Assembly (NCBI GenBank): GCA_965223505.1
Contig: CBDCWP010000007.1
Span: 1-64,000 of the forward strand
Direction of reading: 5' to 3'
DNA: 64,000 nt
DNA from: Planctomycetota bacterium
GTDB lineage: Bacteria > Planctomycetota > PLA2 > JAEUHO01
The position numbers and the translations under genes are program-made. The notes beneath the pieces are model-generated. The model ran no database searches, had not been told where the DNA came from, and saw only the letters and a program-made list of their open reading frames with translations. Positions 44,930 through 54,382 of this stretch are shown here, piece after piece; position 1 is the first letter of the stretch; each line of letters starts with the position of its first letter.

Positions 44930-45948
44930 TGAGCGACGCCAACGACCCCGCAGCCGAACCGACGACGCCGCGCGGCATCCCCGAGGTGCTGGCGCCCGTG
45001 CAGGCCGACCTCGAGCAGGTCGGGGACGCGTTCAAGTCGATCCTGCAATCCGTTTCGTTTCGCAGCCGTGACATGGTCGATCAGGGCGCGTCCTTCACCG
45101 GGAAGCGCCTTCGTCCCGCGCTCACCTGCGTGGCCGGCCGGATCGCGGGCGGCGAGATGACCGACGCGCTCGCTACGGTGGCGGCCGTCGTCGAGCTGAT
45201 TCACACCGCGACGCTGGTTCACGACGACATTCTCGACGGCGCGGTCGTGCGCCGGAAGGCAGCGACGCTCAACGCGCGTTGGGGCGAGCAGATGGCGGTC
45301 CTGGTCGGCGACGTGCTGTTCAGCAAGGCCTACCACGCCGCCGCGCACCTCGAGGACCGCTACGCGTCACAGTATCTGTCGGAGATCGTGGGCGAGGTGC
45401 TCGAAGGCGAGATTCACCAGGACGTGATGGCGCACAACGCCGAGCTGAGCGAGGACGAGTACTACAAGATCATCCGGGGCAAGACGGCGGCGCTGTACGA
45501 GGCCGCCCTCAGGGTGGGCGCGCACTACGGCGGTGGTGACGAGGGCTTGAAGACCGCGCTCGGCGACTACGGACATCATCTCGGGATGGCATTCCAGATC
45601 GTGGACGATCGGCTCGACGTGACGGGTGACGAGGCGACGGTCGGCAAGTCGCTCGGGCGCGATCTCGGCGAAGGGAAGACGACGCTGCCGGTCATCTACT
45701 GGCTCGCGGGCGTCGAGGGCCGCGAGCGCGAGACGGCGATCGCGCTCATCGAGCGCGCGTGGAACGACGAGGACGCCGCGCGAGCCGTGGGGCGGGCGTT
45801 GCGCGAGAGCGGCGCGCTCGAGAAGGCCGACGAGGCGGCGCAGTCGCACATCGATCGGGCCCTCTCGGCGCTGGCCGACGTTCCGATGGGCGCGCAGCGG
45901 CAGCTGCTCGAAACCGTCGCCCGGTTCGTCCTCAGCCGCGCGTCCTGA
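44929..45948 (+). CDS. Polyprenyl diphosphate synthase
   Basis: GKRLRP, HDDILD (FARM), KTAAL and FQIVDDRLD (SARM). Confidence 0.93.
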   Translation: MSDANDPAAEPTTPRGIPEVLAPVQADLEQVGDAFKSILQSVSFRSRDMVDQGASFTGKRLRPALTCVAGRIAGGEMTDALATVAAVVELIHTATLVHDDILDGAVVRRKAATLNARWGEQMAVLVGDVLFSKAYHAAAHLEDRYASQYLSEIVGEVLEGEIHQDVMAHNAELSEDEYYKIIRGKTAALYEAALRVGAHYGGGDEGLKTALGDYGHHLGMAFQIVDDRLDVTGDEATVGKSLGRDLGEGKTTLPVIYWLAGVEGRERETAIALIERAWNDEDAARAVGRALRESGALEKADEAAQSHIDRALSALADVPMGAQRQLLETVARFVLSRAS

Positions 45949-46142
45949 GCTCTCGATTCGGTCCTGGCGATCTTGCGCCGCACCAGCATCGGAAGCTGTG
46001 CGATCGTCGTGACGCTCGTATGACAGAGAGTGACATAAGTCATTCCATTCACGAAAGATACGTCGGTTCTTCTCTGTAAGTTCACTCTGTTGTTCGTACC
46101 ATCCGCGCCGACCTCGGCAGGGAGGTCAGGAGGACACGAACG

Positions 46143-47558
46143 ATGATCAACCGGGTCATGTGGGCGGCACTCGCGGTCGCCATCGGATGCGTCGGACTCG
46201 CCGGGCAGGCGGCGGCGGACGAAGCGGAAATGCGCGCGATGGTCGCGGAAGCCGTCAAGGCCGAGATGGCCAAGCAGGGCGGCGACGAGTTCCGCGTGTA
46301 CTGGAAGGACGGCCTGCGCCTCGAGAGCGGCGACGGCGGCAAGACCTTCAAGGGCAAGATCGGCGGCCGGATCATGCTGGACGCGTGGGTCTTCGACGAC
46401 GACGAGCTCAAGGACGACGTCATCGTACAGCCGCCCTTCGCGCCCGGCGTGCCGGGCTCGTACCAGGAGGACGGCGTCGAGTTCCGGCGCGTGCGTCTCT
46501 ACAACTCGGGCCTGATCCACGACCACGTGGAGTACAAGCTGCAACTCGACTTCGCCCACGGCGACGTGTCGTTCCGCGACGTCTACTTCGGTCTCACCCA
46601 CCTCAAGGACTGCTGGGGCTGCGCGTTCCCGTCGATTCGCGTGGGGCACCAGTTCCAGCCCATCAGCCTCGAGGCGAACACCAGCTCCAAGTACATCACC
46701 TTCATGGAGCGTTCGTTCCTGGCGAACACGTTCGGGTACGCGTCTCGTGCGACGGGTATCAAGATCCACGACTCCCTCATGGGCGATCACCTGAACTACC
46801 AGTTCGCGTTCTTCAGCCCCACGAGCAGCCCCGGAGGCGGCGGCGACTTCGACTTCGATGACGGTTGGGCCGTGGCGGGTCGCGTCACCTACGCGCCCTG
46901 GTGGGACTGCAACTGCAGCTGCAAGCGCGCGCACGTCGGCATCTCGGGCGCCTACTACGACGACCTCAAGGGCCGTCGCTTCCGCTCGCGCGCGCCGTCG
47001 CACATGACGAGCCGCTACGTGAACACCGGCACCATCTCCGACGTCGAGTCGTACACGACGCTCGGTTTCGAGGGCGCCGTGGTCTACGGGCCGTGGTCGG
47101 TGCAGGGTGAGTACCTGCTGGCCGACGTCGACTCCGACATCGCCGGCGACCCGACCTACACGGCCTGGTACGTGTACGCGAGCTACTGGCTGACGGGCGA
47201 GTGCCGCAACTACAAGCACGGCGCCTTCAGCCGCACGAAGCCGTGCTGCAACTTCCTCGACAACGACTGCTGCTGCACGGGTGGGTGGGAGCTCGCCGCG
47301 CGCTACGAGGGGATCGACCTCTCGGACGGCAACGTCGACGGCGGTGAGATGACCGCATTCACCTTCGGCGTCAACTGGCACCTGAACCCGAACGCGCGCA
47401 TCATGCTCAACTACTTCATCGCGACGATCGACGGGACGCCTGCCGGGTTCAACGTGCTGCAGGACGCCAACCCCGGCGTGGCGGCCGCCTCCGGTGTGGC
47501 GACCTTCGACGACACCACGTTCAGCGGCTTCGGCATTCGGTTCCAGGTCGACTGGTAG
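46143..47558 (+). CDS. OprO/OprP-family phosphate-selective porin with Cys clusters
   Basis: AGGAGG RBS and signal peptide. GGRIMLD, EFRRVRL, TSSKYITFMERS, SYWLTGE, WELAARY, GVNWHLNPNARIMLNY and terminal RFQVDW. Confidence 0.88.
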   Translation: MINRVMWAALAVAIGCVGLAGQAAADEAEMRAMVAEAVKAEMAKQGGDEFRVYWKDGLRLESGDGGKTFKGKIGGRIMLDAWVFDDDELKDDVIVQPPFAPGVPGSYQEDGVEFRRVRLYNSGLIHDHVEYKLQLDFAHGDVSFRDVYFGLTHLKDCWGCAFPSIRVGHQFQPISLEANTSSKYITFMERSFLANTFGYASRATGIKIHDSLMGDHLNYQFAFFSPTSSPGGGGDFDFDDGWAVAGRVTYAPWWDCNCSCKRAHVGISGAYYDDLKGRRFRSRAPSHMTSRYVNTGTISDVESYTTLGFEGAVVYGPWSVQGEYLLADVDSDIAGDPTYTAWYVYASYWLTGECRNYKHGAFSRTKPCCNFLDNDCCCTGGWELAARYEGIDLSDGNVDGGEMTAFTFGVNWHLNPNARIMLNYFIATIDGTPAGFNVLQDANPGVAAASGVATFDDTTFSGFGIRFQVDW

Positions 47559-47594
47559 TTCCTGCTAGAGACAAACACCCTTCGTCTGTAGCTG

Positions 47595-47632
47595 CGAGGG
47601 CGGGAGCTTCGGTTCCCGCCCTCGTTCTCTTT
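47595..47632 (+). terminator. Rho-independent terminator after the porin gene
   Basis: CGAGGGCGGGAG-CTTCGG-TTCCCGCCCTCG followed by TTCTCTTT. Confidence 0.75.
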
Positions 47633-47648
47633 CGGGCTCGACCCGCGA

Positions 47649-48557
47649 CTAGTGCACGAAGAGCGGCAGCTGGCTCGGATCGTCGCGCGGCGGCATGCCT
47701 TCGGCGGCCAACACGGTGTTGCGCATCAGGACGGCGACGGTCGCGGGTCCGACGCCGCCGGGCACCGGCGTGATCGCGCTCGCGATCTTCGCGACCGGCT
47801 CGTAGTCGACGTCGCCCACGATGCGGTTCTTGCCTTCGGCGTCTTTCACCGCGTTGATGCCGACGTCCACCACCACGGCGCCCGGCTTCACCATGTCGGC
47901 GGTGATCAGGCCCGGCTTGCCGACGGCGACGACGAGCACGTCCGCCTCGCGCGTGTGCGAGCCGAGATCCTGCGTGTGGACGTGGCACGTCGTGACCGTG
48001 GCGTCCTTTGCCAGGAGCAGGAGCCCGACGGGCTTGCCCACGATCTCGCTGTGGCCGACGACCACGGCGTTCTTCCCCTGGAGATCGATCCCCGACGACT
48101 CGACCAGCGCCATCGCGGCCAAGGCCGTGCACGGCAACAAGCCGTAGCGCCCGTAGAGGCACTCGCCGAGGTTCTCGGGATGCACGCCCTCGACGTCCTT
48201 GTCGGGATCGATGTCGTGTTGCAAGGTGCGCGCGCCCACACCGTCGGGCAGGGGGAGCGAAAGCAAGATGCCGGTGACGCCGCGGTCGGCGTTCAGCTCC
48301 TTGATGACCTTGCGAATGGCGCGTTCGTCCGACGCCGCCGGCAGGGTGCGCACCGAGAACCCGATGTCCCACTTGTCCGCGCCGCGGCGCTGTCCGCGCA
48401 GATAAGCGTCTGCGGCGCCGTCCTCGCCGACCTTGACGACGACGAGATTCGGCCGCCGACCCGAGTCGATCAGCGCCTGCACCTTGGGCTGGTAGTCGAC
48501 GCGCACCCGCTCGGCCAGGGCGCGTCCGTCGAGGATGGTCGCTTCGGCGTCGCTCAT
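47649..48557 (-). CDS. folD: Bifunctional methylenetetrahydrofolate dehydrogenase/cyclohydrolase
   Basis: ILDGRALA, KDVEGVHPENLG, PCT, VGHSEIVGKP, DVGIN and ITPVPGGVGP. Confidence 0.95.
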   Translation of the reverse strand: MSDAEATILDGRALAERVRVDYQPKVQALIDSGRRPNLVVVKVGEDGAADAYLRGQRRGADKWDIGFSVRTLPAASDERAIRKVIKELNADRGVTGILLSLPLPDGVGARTLQHDIDPDKDVEGVHPENLGECLYGRYGLLPCTALAAMALVESSGIDLQGKNAVVVGHSEIVGKPVGLLLLAKDATVTTCHVHTQDLGSHTREADVLVVAVGKPGLITADMVKPGAVVVDVGINAVKDAEGKNRIVGDVDYEPVAKIASAITPVPGGVGPATVAVLMRNTVLAAEGMPPRDDPSQLPLFVH

Positions 48558-48621
48558 CGGCCTTGCTCTACCCGACCGCCGCGGTGGGCACAAGGGCGCG
48601 ACGTGGTGGTAGGCTCCGATC

Positions 48622-49488
48622 GTGGGTGTTCACAACCGCGACTACATGCGGGATCGGCCCGTCTACGAAGCCGACTGGCGCGCGTGTCGCGTCACGTGGT
48701 GGTTGATCGGCATTCAAGGCGTGTTGTTCCTGTTCGTCGGCGCCGCCGGCGGCGCCAACGCCCGCGGCTCGCCCATCGCCCCCTTCATCCACGACGAGCT
48801 CTGGCTGCACCCGTCGGCCGTGCTCTCCGAGCTGAAGGTGTGGCAGGTCTTCACGTCGCTTTGGTTCCACGACGTCGATGCCGGCGTCGGCCACGTCTTG
48901 CTGAACATGCTGCTGCTCTACGCGCTCGGCTCGCGCGCCGAAGCGGCGTTCGCGGATCGCCGCCGCTATCTCGTGCTCTACGTCGGCGGCGGCATCACGT
49001 TCGCGCTCGCGCAAGTGGCCGCCGCGGCCATCGGCGTCGAAGCGTCCGCATCTTGCGGCGCGAGCGGTTCGATCTTCGCCTTGATCGCGTACGTGCTGAT
49101 CGCGCACGGCAACGAACCTGTGCGGCTCTTCGGAGTTTGGCGCATGTCGATGCGCGCGTTCGCGTGGATTGGGCTCGGAACGTGCTTACTGTTCTACCTC
49201 GTCTCGATGCGTGTGCCGCCGGCCTGGTCCATCGGTCACGCGGTCGCGCTCGTATGGGGTTGGCACGCGGCGCGCCGTACAGCGGACGTCGCACTGGGCG
49301 CCGGCGTGACGTCGACGACCACGGCGCAACCGGAGAACGAAGCTCCCGAGGACGAAGAGAGCGACGGCGCGGATGACGTACGAGGCCGGGTCGACCGGCT
49401 GCTGGAGAAGATTTCGGACGACGGCATGGCGTCGCTGTCGGACGAGGAGCGGGCGTTTCTCGAAGACGCTTCGAAACGGTTCCAGTAG
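48622..49488 (+). CDS. Rhomboid-family intramembrane serine protease with C-terminal DUF6576-like domain
   Basis: WQVFTS, HVLLNM, GASG and catalytic His (IGHA). Tail VDRLLEKISDDGMASLSDEERAFL. Confidence 0.85.
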   Translation: MGVHNRDYMRDRPVYEADWRACRVTWWLIGIQGVLFLFVGAAGGANARGSPIAPFIHDELWLHPSAVLSELKVWQVFTSLWFHDVDAGVGHVLLNMLLLYALGSRAEAAFADRRRYLVLYVGGGITFALAQVAAAAIGVEASASCGASGSIFALIAYVLIAHGNEPVRLFGVWRMSMRAFAWIGLGTCLLFYLVSMRVPPAWSIGHAVALVWGWHAARRTADVALGAGVTSTTTAQPENEAPEDEESDGADDVRGRVDRLLEKISDDGMASLSDEERAFLEDASKRFQ

Positions 49489-49515
49489 CGTGCGTGGCCG
49501 GGTACGCTGCGCGCG

Positions 49516-49962
49516 ATGACCGGCAAGCAACCCAATCCCGTCGTGAAGGCGTTCCTGATCTGCGATCAGATCATTCATGACGCACAGACAGGGAAGAAGT
49601 CGTTGATCGGCGTTTTCCACGAGCTTCGTGCCGACCGGTTCCCCGCGACCCATCCCACGCTTTGGATCTACGCGAACCTCACGGATGCCCGTGGTCGCTA
49701 CGATTTCGAGATTCGCCTGATCGACGTGTCGCGCAATCAGGTGCTCGGCAAGGGCACGCCGCCGCCCATCGAGATCTCGGGGCCGCTGCAGACGACGGAG
49801 CTGTCGGCACAGCTTCGCAACGTGACGTTGATGCAGCCGGGCACGTACGAGTTCCAGCTGCACGCGAACGACCAGCTCGTCGCCACGAAGGCGGTGCGTG
49901 TGATGCAGGTGGAACCCTCGCAGGGCGCGCCGGAACAACAGGAGCCCGGCGAGGAGGGGTGA
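49516..49962 (+). CDS. DUF6941-like protein
   Basis: AFLICDQIIHDAQTGKKSLIGVF...PGTYEFQL. Confidence 0.7.
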   Translation: MTGKQPNPVVKAFLICDQIIHDAQTGKKSLIGVFHELRADRFPATHPTLWIYANLTDARGRYDFEIRLIDVSRNQVLGKGTPPPIEISGPLQTTELSAQLRNVTLMQPGTYEFQLHANDQLVATKAVRVMQVEPSQGAPEQQEPGEEG

Positions 49963-49965
49963 CGA

Positions 49966-50922
49966 CTACTCGTCGCCGGCTGGGATCGGCGAGATCAGCC
50001 GGAAGCCGGCGTGCGGGAGCTTCGTGTCCGGCACGAATCCGGTCCGGTGTCCAGACGCGAGCGCGCTCGGGCTGCCGCTCCAAGCCCCGCCGCGCATGAC
50101 GCGCGTAGGCGGGTCCAGCTCCTCGCCTTCGAGGTGGTCGCAGAGCTCCCAGACGTTGCCCGCCATGTCGTAGAGCCCCCACGCGTTGGGCGCGTAGCTC
50201 GCCACGTGGGCGCTCACCATGAACCCGTCGTCGCGCTGCCAGTGTCTTCGCTCGGCCGGCCACGAGGCCTTTGCGTAGCCCGAGATCCCGAAGACGGATT
50301 CCGATTTCGGATCGAGACCGTTGGCGTACTTCCAACCGTCCGCCGACACGTCGCCCCAGAAAAACCGCGTCGAGGTGCTCGCGCGACACGCTCGCTCCCA
50401 CTGGGCTTCGGTCGGCAGCCGGTAGGAACGCTTCGGGTCGCGGTCGGACACCCATCGGGCGAACACGCGTGCGTCCTGCCACGAAACGCGCACCACGGGC
50501 TGTTCGTCTTCGTCCAACGTGTATCCGTCGTGAAACGTCTTGCTGTCGTGGGTGGGGCGCATGCGCCGGAACTGGGCGTTCGTGACTTCCGTGGCCTGCA
50601 TGTAGAACGGTCGTTCGATCGTGACGTCGCGTTCGGGTGCGTCGCGACATCCGCCACCGGGATCACCCTTGGGCAGTCCCATGCGAAACGAGCCGGGAGG
50701 GATCAGGACGAAGCGCATGCCGAGGCTGTTTTCGAAGGACACGGGGACGCCGTACTGCTTGGCGGCCTCGAGCTGTGCGGGGGCCGGCTCGGGCCATGGC
50801 GGAGGGCGGGAGGGGCGCATGGCGGGCGTGGGCGGCGCGTGTCGTTGCTTCGGCTGTTCGTCGCCGCACGCTGCCAGCAGCGCGAGGAGTCCGAGGGCGG
50901 TGGCGACGCGTGTCCGGTTCAT
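49966..50922 (-). CDS. Formylglycine-generating-enzyme family lipoprotein
   Basis: Lipobox LAAC. NSLGMRFVLIPPGSFRMG, RLPTEAQWERACRA, PNAWGLYDMAGNVWE and GFRL. Confidence 0.9.
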   Translation of the reverse strand: MNRTRVATALGLLALLAACGDEQPKQRHAPPTPAMRPSRPPPWPEPAPAQLEAAKQYGVPVSFENSLGMRFVLIPPGSFRMGLPKGDPGGGCRDAPERDVTIERPFYMQATEVTNAQFRRMRPTHDSKTFHDGYTLDEDEQPVVRVSWQDARVFARWVSDRDPKRSYRLPTEAQWERACRASTSTRFFWGDVSADGWKYANGLDPKSESVFGISGYAKASWPAERRHWQRDDGFMVSAHVASYAPNAWGLYDMAGNVWELCDHLEGEELDPPTRVMRGGAWSGSPSALASGHRTGFVPDTKLPHAGFRLISPIPAGDE

Positions 50923-51009
50923 CGAGGGGGAGCATACCCTCGAGGCGGTGGCTTCTCTTGAGGGGTATTCGAACGCCTGATAGGGTCACCCGCCGCTACG
51001 GCGAAAATG

Positions 51010-51086
51010 GGGCGCATAGCTCAGCTGGCTAGAGCGCATGCTTCACACGCATGAGGTCACAGGTTCGAGTCCTGTTGCGCCCACCA
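51010..51086 (+). tRNA. tRNA-Val (CAC)
   Basis: GGGCGCA/TGCGCCC acceptor, anticodon arm CATGC-TTCACAC-GCATG and encoded CCA. Confidence 0.97.
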
Positions 51087-51089
51087 CGT

Positions 51090-51626
51090 TCATCGCTCGA
51101 AGAACCGGGCCCAACGGGCCTCTTGGAGTCGCCCGCAGCGCTTTTCTCTCGGCTGGTTCTGGGCAACGAAGTGCGGCGAAGAGCAGGTTCCGGACAGGAG
51201 CGGCACATCTGCGGCACGTTCCACGGCGCTGTGGAGGTCCCGCGAGCGCAAATGCGTGTAGTGCTTCATCGTCAACGAAATGTCGCTATGCCTCGCCAAC
51301 TCCTGCGCGGTCCGAGGATGCACGTCCGCCTGGGCGAGCCGCGTCACGAAGCTGTGTCGCAGCGCATGGCGATCCAGAACACGCCCTTCCTCGTCCTCGT
51401 GCGGGATCTTCGCGTAGTCGATGTCTCGTCGAAAGCACCGATGGGAAGGGAACAGGCGTGCAGGGATGACAGGATCCTTCGCGCCATCCGGGTGCCCCTG
51501 CGCCCGAGTGGCGGCGCGGTAGGCCTTGAGTGCAGCAACAAGATCAGCGCGCAGGGGAATGCGCTGCTCGCGCCGGGACTTCGCGTGTCTGGCGATGATG
51601 CGTATCCGCGACTCCATCTTCCTCAA
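51090..51626 (-). pseudogene. Tyrosine recombinase/integrase, C-terminal fragment
   Basis: AKSRREQRIPL, HALRHSF and LARHSDISLTMKHY. N-terminal domains absent. Points toward tRNA-Val. Confidence 0.85.
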
Positions 51627-51949
51627 CTCGCTTGTGATACGCCTTGCTCAGACGGTAGTCACATGTCACCCCGAGCAACCTCGATAGTTTCGCGGCTCGG
51701 AGCCGCTTGCGAATGTCAACCATCAGCCTTGTCCGCAGCTCGTCCCAACGCGAAATGGACGGCCCCCGGGCGGGGACAAGCATGGCGCCCTTTCCCCGGC
51801 TGATCAGGCCGGCGCGGGGCCGTCCCCTACATCTTCTCCCGGGCGGTGGACAGGCCCTGCGTTGCTTGGAAGCCCTTTGCGCTGGCCCTGGTAGCGGCCA
51901 GTTGGCTACCCTTTCAGGCCTAGATGCTGCTGTGGGAGGTGAGCGTGAG

Positions 51950-52643
51950 GACAGTCTGGTGCGCATTGGTGGTTGTCGTAACGCTCGTCGTGTCAGCACC
52001 GCAGGTAACGACACCACGCAAAGGAGGAACGACGTGACCCACCACGAACAGCGTACGCCTTGGGGCGACGCACTGGAAGCGCTCAGCGAGAACGGGTTCG
52101 ACGGCATGGCTGAGGCGATGCGGGTGCTGGTGAACGAGGCCATGAAGGTCGAACGCAGTGCCTTCCTCGGCGCCGAGCCCCACGAACGCACGGATCAGCG
52201 CCGCGGCTACGCCAACGGCTTCAAGCGCAAGCGCGTCAGAACCCGCTTGGGCGAGATCGACGTCCAGGTGCCCCAGGTTCGCGACGTCGAGGGCGGCGAC
52301 ACGTTCTACCCCTCCAGCCTCGAACGCGGCCAGCGAAGCGAGAGAGCGCTCACGCTGGCCCTGGCGGAGATGTACGTCCAGGGCGTCTCGACGCGGCGTG
52401 TCGAGGCGATCACGAAGGTGCTTTGCAACGGCCTGGAGATCAGCTCCACGAGCGTGTCTCGAGCAGCTGCGCTGCTCGACGAGGAGCTCGAGCGCTGGCG
52501 CACACGTCCGCTCGGCGCGTTCAAGTACCTCGTACTCGACGCTCGCTACGAGAAGGTGCGCCACGGCGGATCGGTGCGCGACTGCGCTGTGCTGATCGCC
52601 ATCGGCGTCGATTCTCACGGCAAGCGCAGCGTGCTGGGAACGG
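51950..52643 (+). mobile_element. IS256-family element remnant (5' part of the transposase)
   Basis: GTG at 52034 after AGGAGG. RRGYANG, PQVRD, EMYVQGVSTRRV and LDARYEKVR, then similarity ends after KRSVLG. Left boundary is approximate. Confidence 0.85.
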
Positions 52644-53191
52644 CTGCAATCTCCGATGAGATCACGCTTGAGTTCGACGTTGACATCACTGAGAAGTTCG
52701 GCGGGTTCGTGGGCGGCCCTGACACCGCTACGCTCTCGATCACGTTCGACACCAGCATTGGGATCAGCATCGAATCAGACCCTGTCGGGACTCTGGCCCA
52801 GTACAAGGAGGCCGTTGCTGGAGACTCTATTGACTGGCTGATCACGTACGACGGTACGGATTACAGCCGCAATGCGACCGAACTTGCAGCGATTCAAGTT
52901 GAGAACGACAACCCGCTCGATGAGATCAAGCTGATCTCCGGAGAGGGTCTGCACATCAGCGTGAAGAACTTCGACGCCGATGCGATCAGTGGGATCGGGT
53001 TGCCTACAACGCTGGATACTGATGACTGGGCAACGACTTTCTTTGAGTTCGAACTCTTCAACGAGTCGGGCGTGGTGACGGATCGCATTCGGGGGACGCT
53101 CACCACGGTAATCCCCGAACCCACATCCCTCGCCCTCCTCGGCCTCGGCGTAGCCGGACTTGCGTGGCGGCGTGGGCGCGCGCGGGACTAG
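52644..53191 (+). pseudogene. PEP-CTERM protein lacking its own start/signal peptide, fused in frame to the IS256 fragment
   Basis: Acidic beta-rich body ending VIPEPTSLALLGLGVAGLAWRRGR. Confidence 0.8.
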
Positions 53192-53193
53192 AC

Positions 53194-53628
53194 ATGGCGA
53201 AGCAAGGTCCGAAGGGAATCCATTTCACTTCACTGCCTCTTACTGAGCCCCCGCCTCACTTCATTCCCGATCTAGTTGGCGTGTTCAAGGCGCACCGCAG
53301 TGAGATCTCAACGGAGGAACTAGAGAAGGGACTGACCAGCGATCAGGTGCTTGCAGTCCTGGGGGACGACCTACGCGAACTCGGGTTCGAGGTAGAGCGC
53401 AGCAAGGCCAAAGCTGACAAGATCGAGCGCCCCGTCTTCTTCGGTGAGGATGGGGTGCCCACACTTCGGTACGAGATCGACGCGTATCACGCTGACTGGC
53501 AATGCGCTCTCGAGGTAGAGGCCGGCCGCGCGTGGATGGGCAACGCTGTATATCGAGACCTCATCCAGGCGGCTGTGATGGTCGGCGTGAAGCACCTGTG
53601 CATCGGCGCTTGGACCTCGAACTTCTGA
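53194..53628 (+). pseudogene. Putative PD-(D/E)xK restriction-endonuclease-like protein truncated by an IS3 remnant
   Basis: EIDAYH...LEVEAGRA...N...RDL resembles a nuclease core. Sequence switches to IS3 orfB DNA at about 53604. Confidence 0.5.
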
Positions 53629-54379
53629 TCGAGCGTGTTCGGCGCTATCGGCAGCGTGTGCTTCGAGTCCGTCGTTCGCCGCCAACGGCGTTTCAGGCGC
53701 GCTGAGATGCCGTTCTTGCGGATCAGGCGCGCCACGCGGTGAACGCCAACCGGCCGCTTCCGTGACTTGAGCTCGGCATGGACGCGCGGACTTCCGTACG
53801 TGCCCCGACTCTCCCTGTGGATCTCGCGGATCTCCCTCACGAGCCGCTGGTTGTCGATCGTGCGTTTGGACGGCGGCCTGGTGCGCCAGGCGTAGAAGCC
53901 GCTGGGCGAGACGCCCAGCAGCAGCTCGGATCGGCACGTTGGCCTTCCCCGCCTCGATCAGCTCGAAGGCTTCGAGCTCTCCTCCCTGGCGAAGAAGGCT
54001 GCGGCTTTTTTCAGGAAGTCCCGCTCCATCCGGAGCCGCTTCACATCCCGCTTGAGCTGCCGCACTTCGGCTTTCTCCGCGGTGGTTAGCGCCTCCGGAG
54101 GACCCTCCCCTGCATCGACCTCAGCCTGCTTGACCCAGTTCCTCAGCACGTTCGGGTGGATGTCCAGATCCCGCCCGACCCTCGCGTAGTTCCCAACGGC
54201 CTTGTAGAGCCGGACGGCCTCCGCCTTCTGCTGGGCCGTGAACGTGCGCTTCTTCCTCTGTCCCATCGGTATACTCCTCGACCAGTATCCTACTCCGCAG
54301 GGTAGGAAGGATGGGATCTCGGCATCGTGGGATCTTTCCACCCCCACGGGTAGGTGTCCACGAAACCGGGTCAACTCCA
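53604..54379 (-). mobile_element. IS3-family element remnant (IRL, orfA, truncated orfB)
   Basis: IRL TGGAGTTGACCCGGTTTCGTGGACAC from 54379. orfA 54266-53958 (RTFTAQQKAEAVRL...LRNWVKQ...MERDFLKKAAAFF) with an A6G run at 54005-54011. orfB start GVSPSGFYAW...TYGSPRVHAEL...TTDSKH...APNTL. DDE domain and IRR missing. Confidence 0.9.
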
Positions 54380-54382
54380 GAA

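Noticed and set aside
54300..54354. 7-bp direct repeats GGGTAGG flanking about 40 bp inside the IS3 left end, a possible insertion footprint
   Set aside because: Too short to distinguish from chance or from normal IS leader structure without a reference copy.
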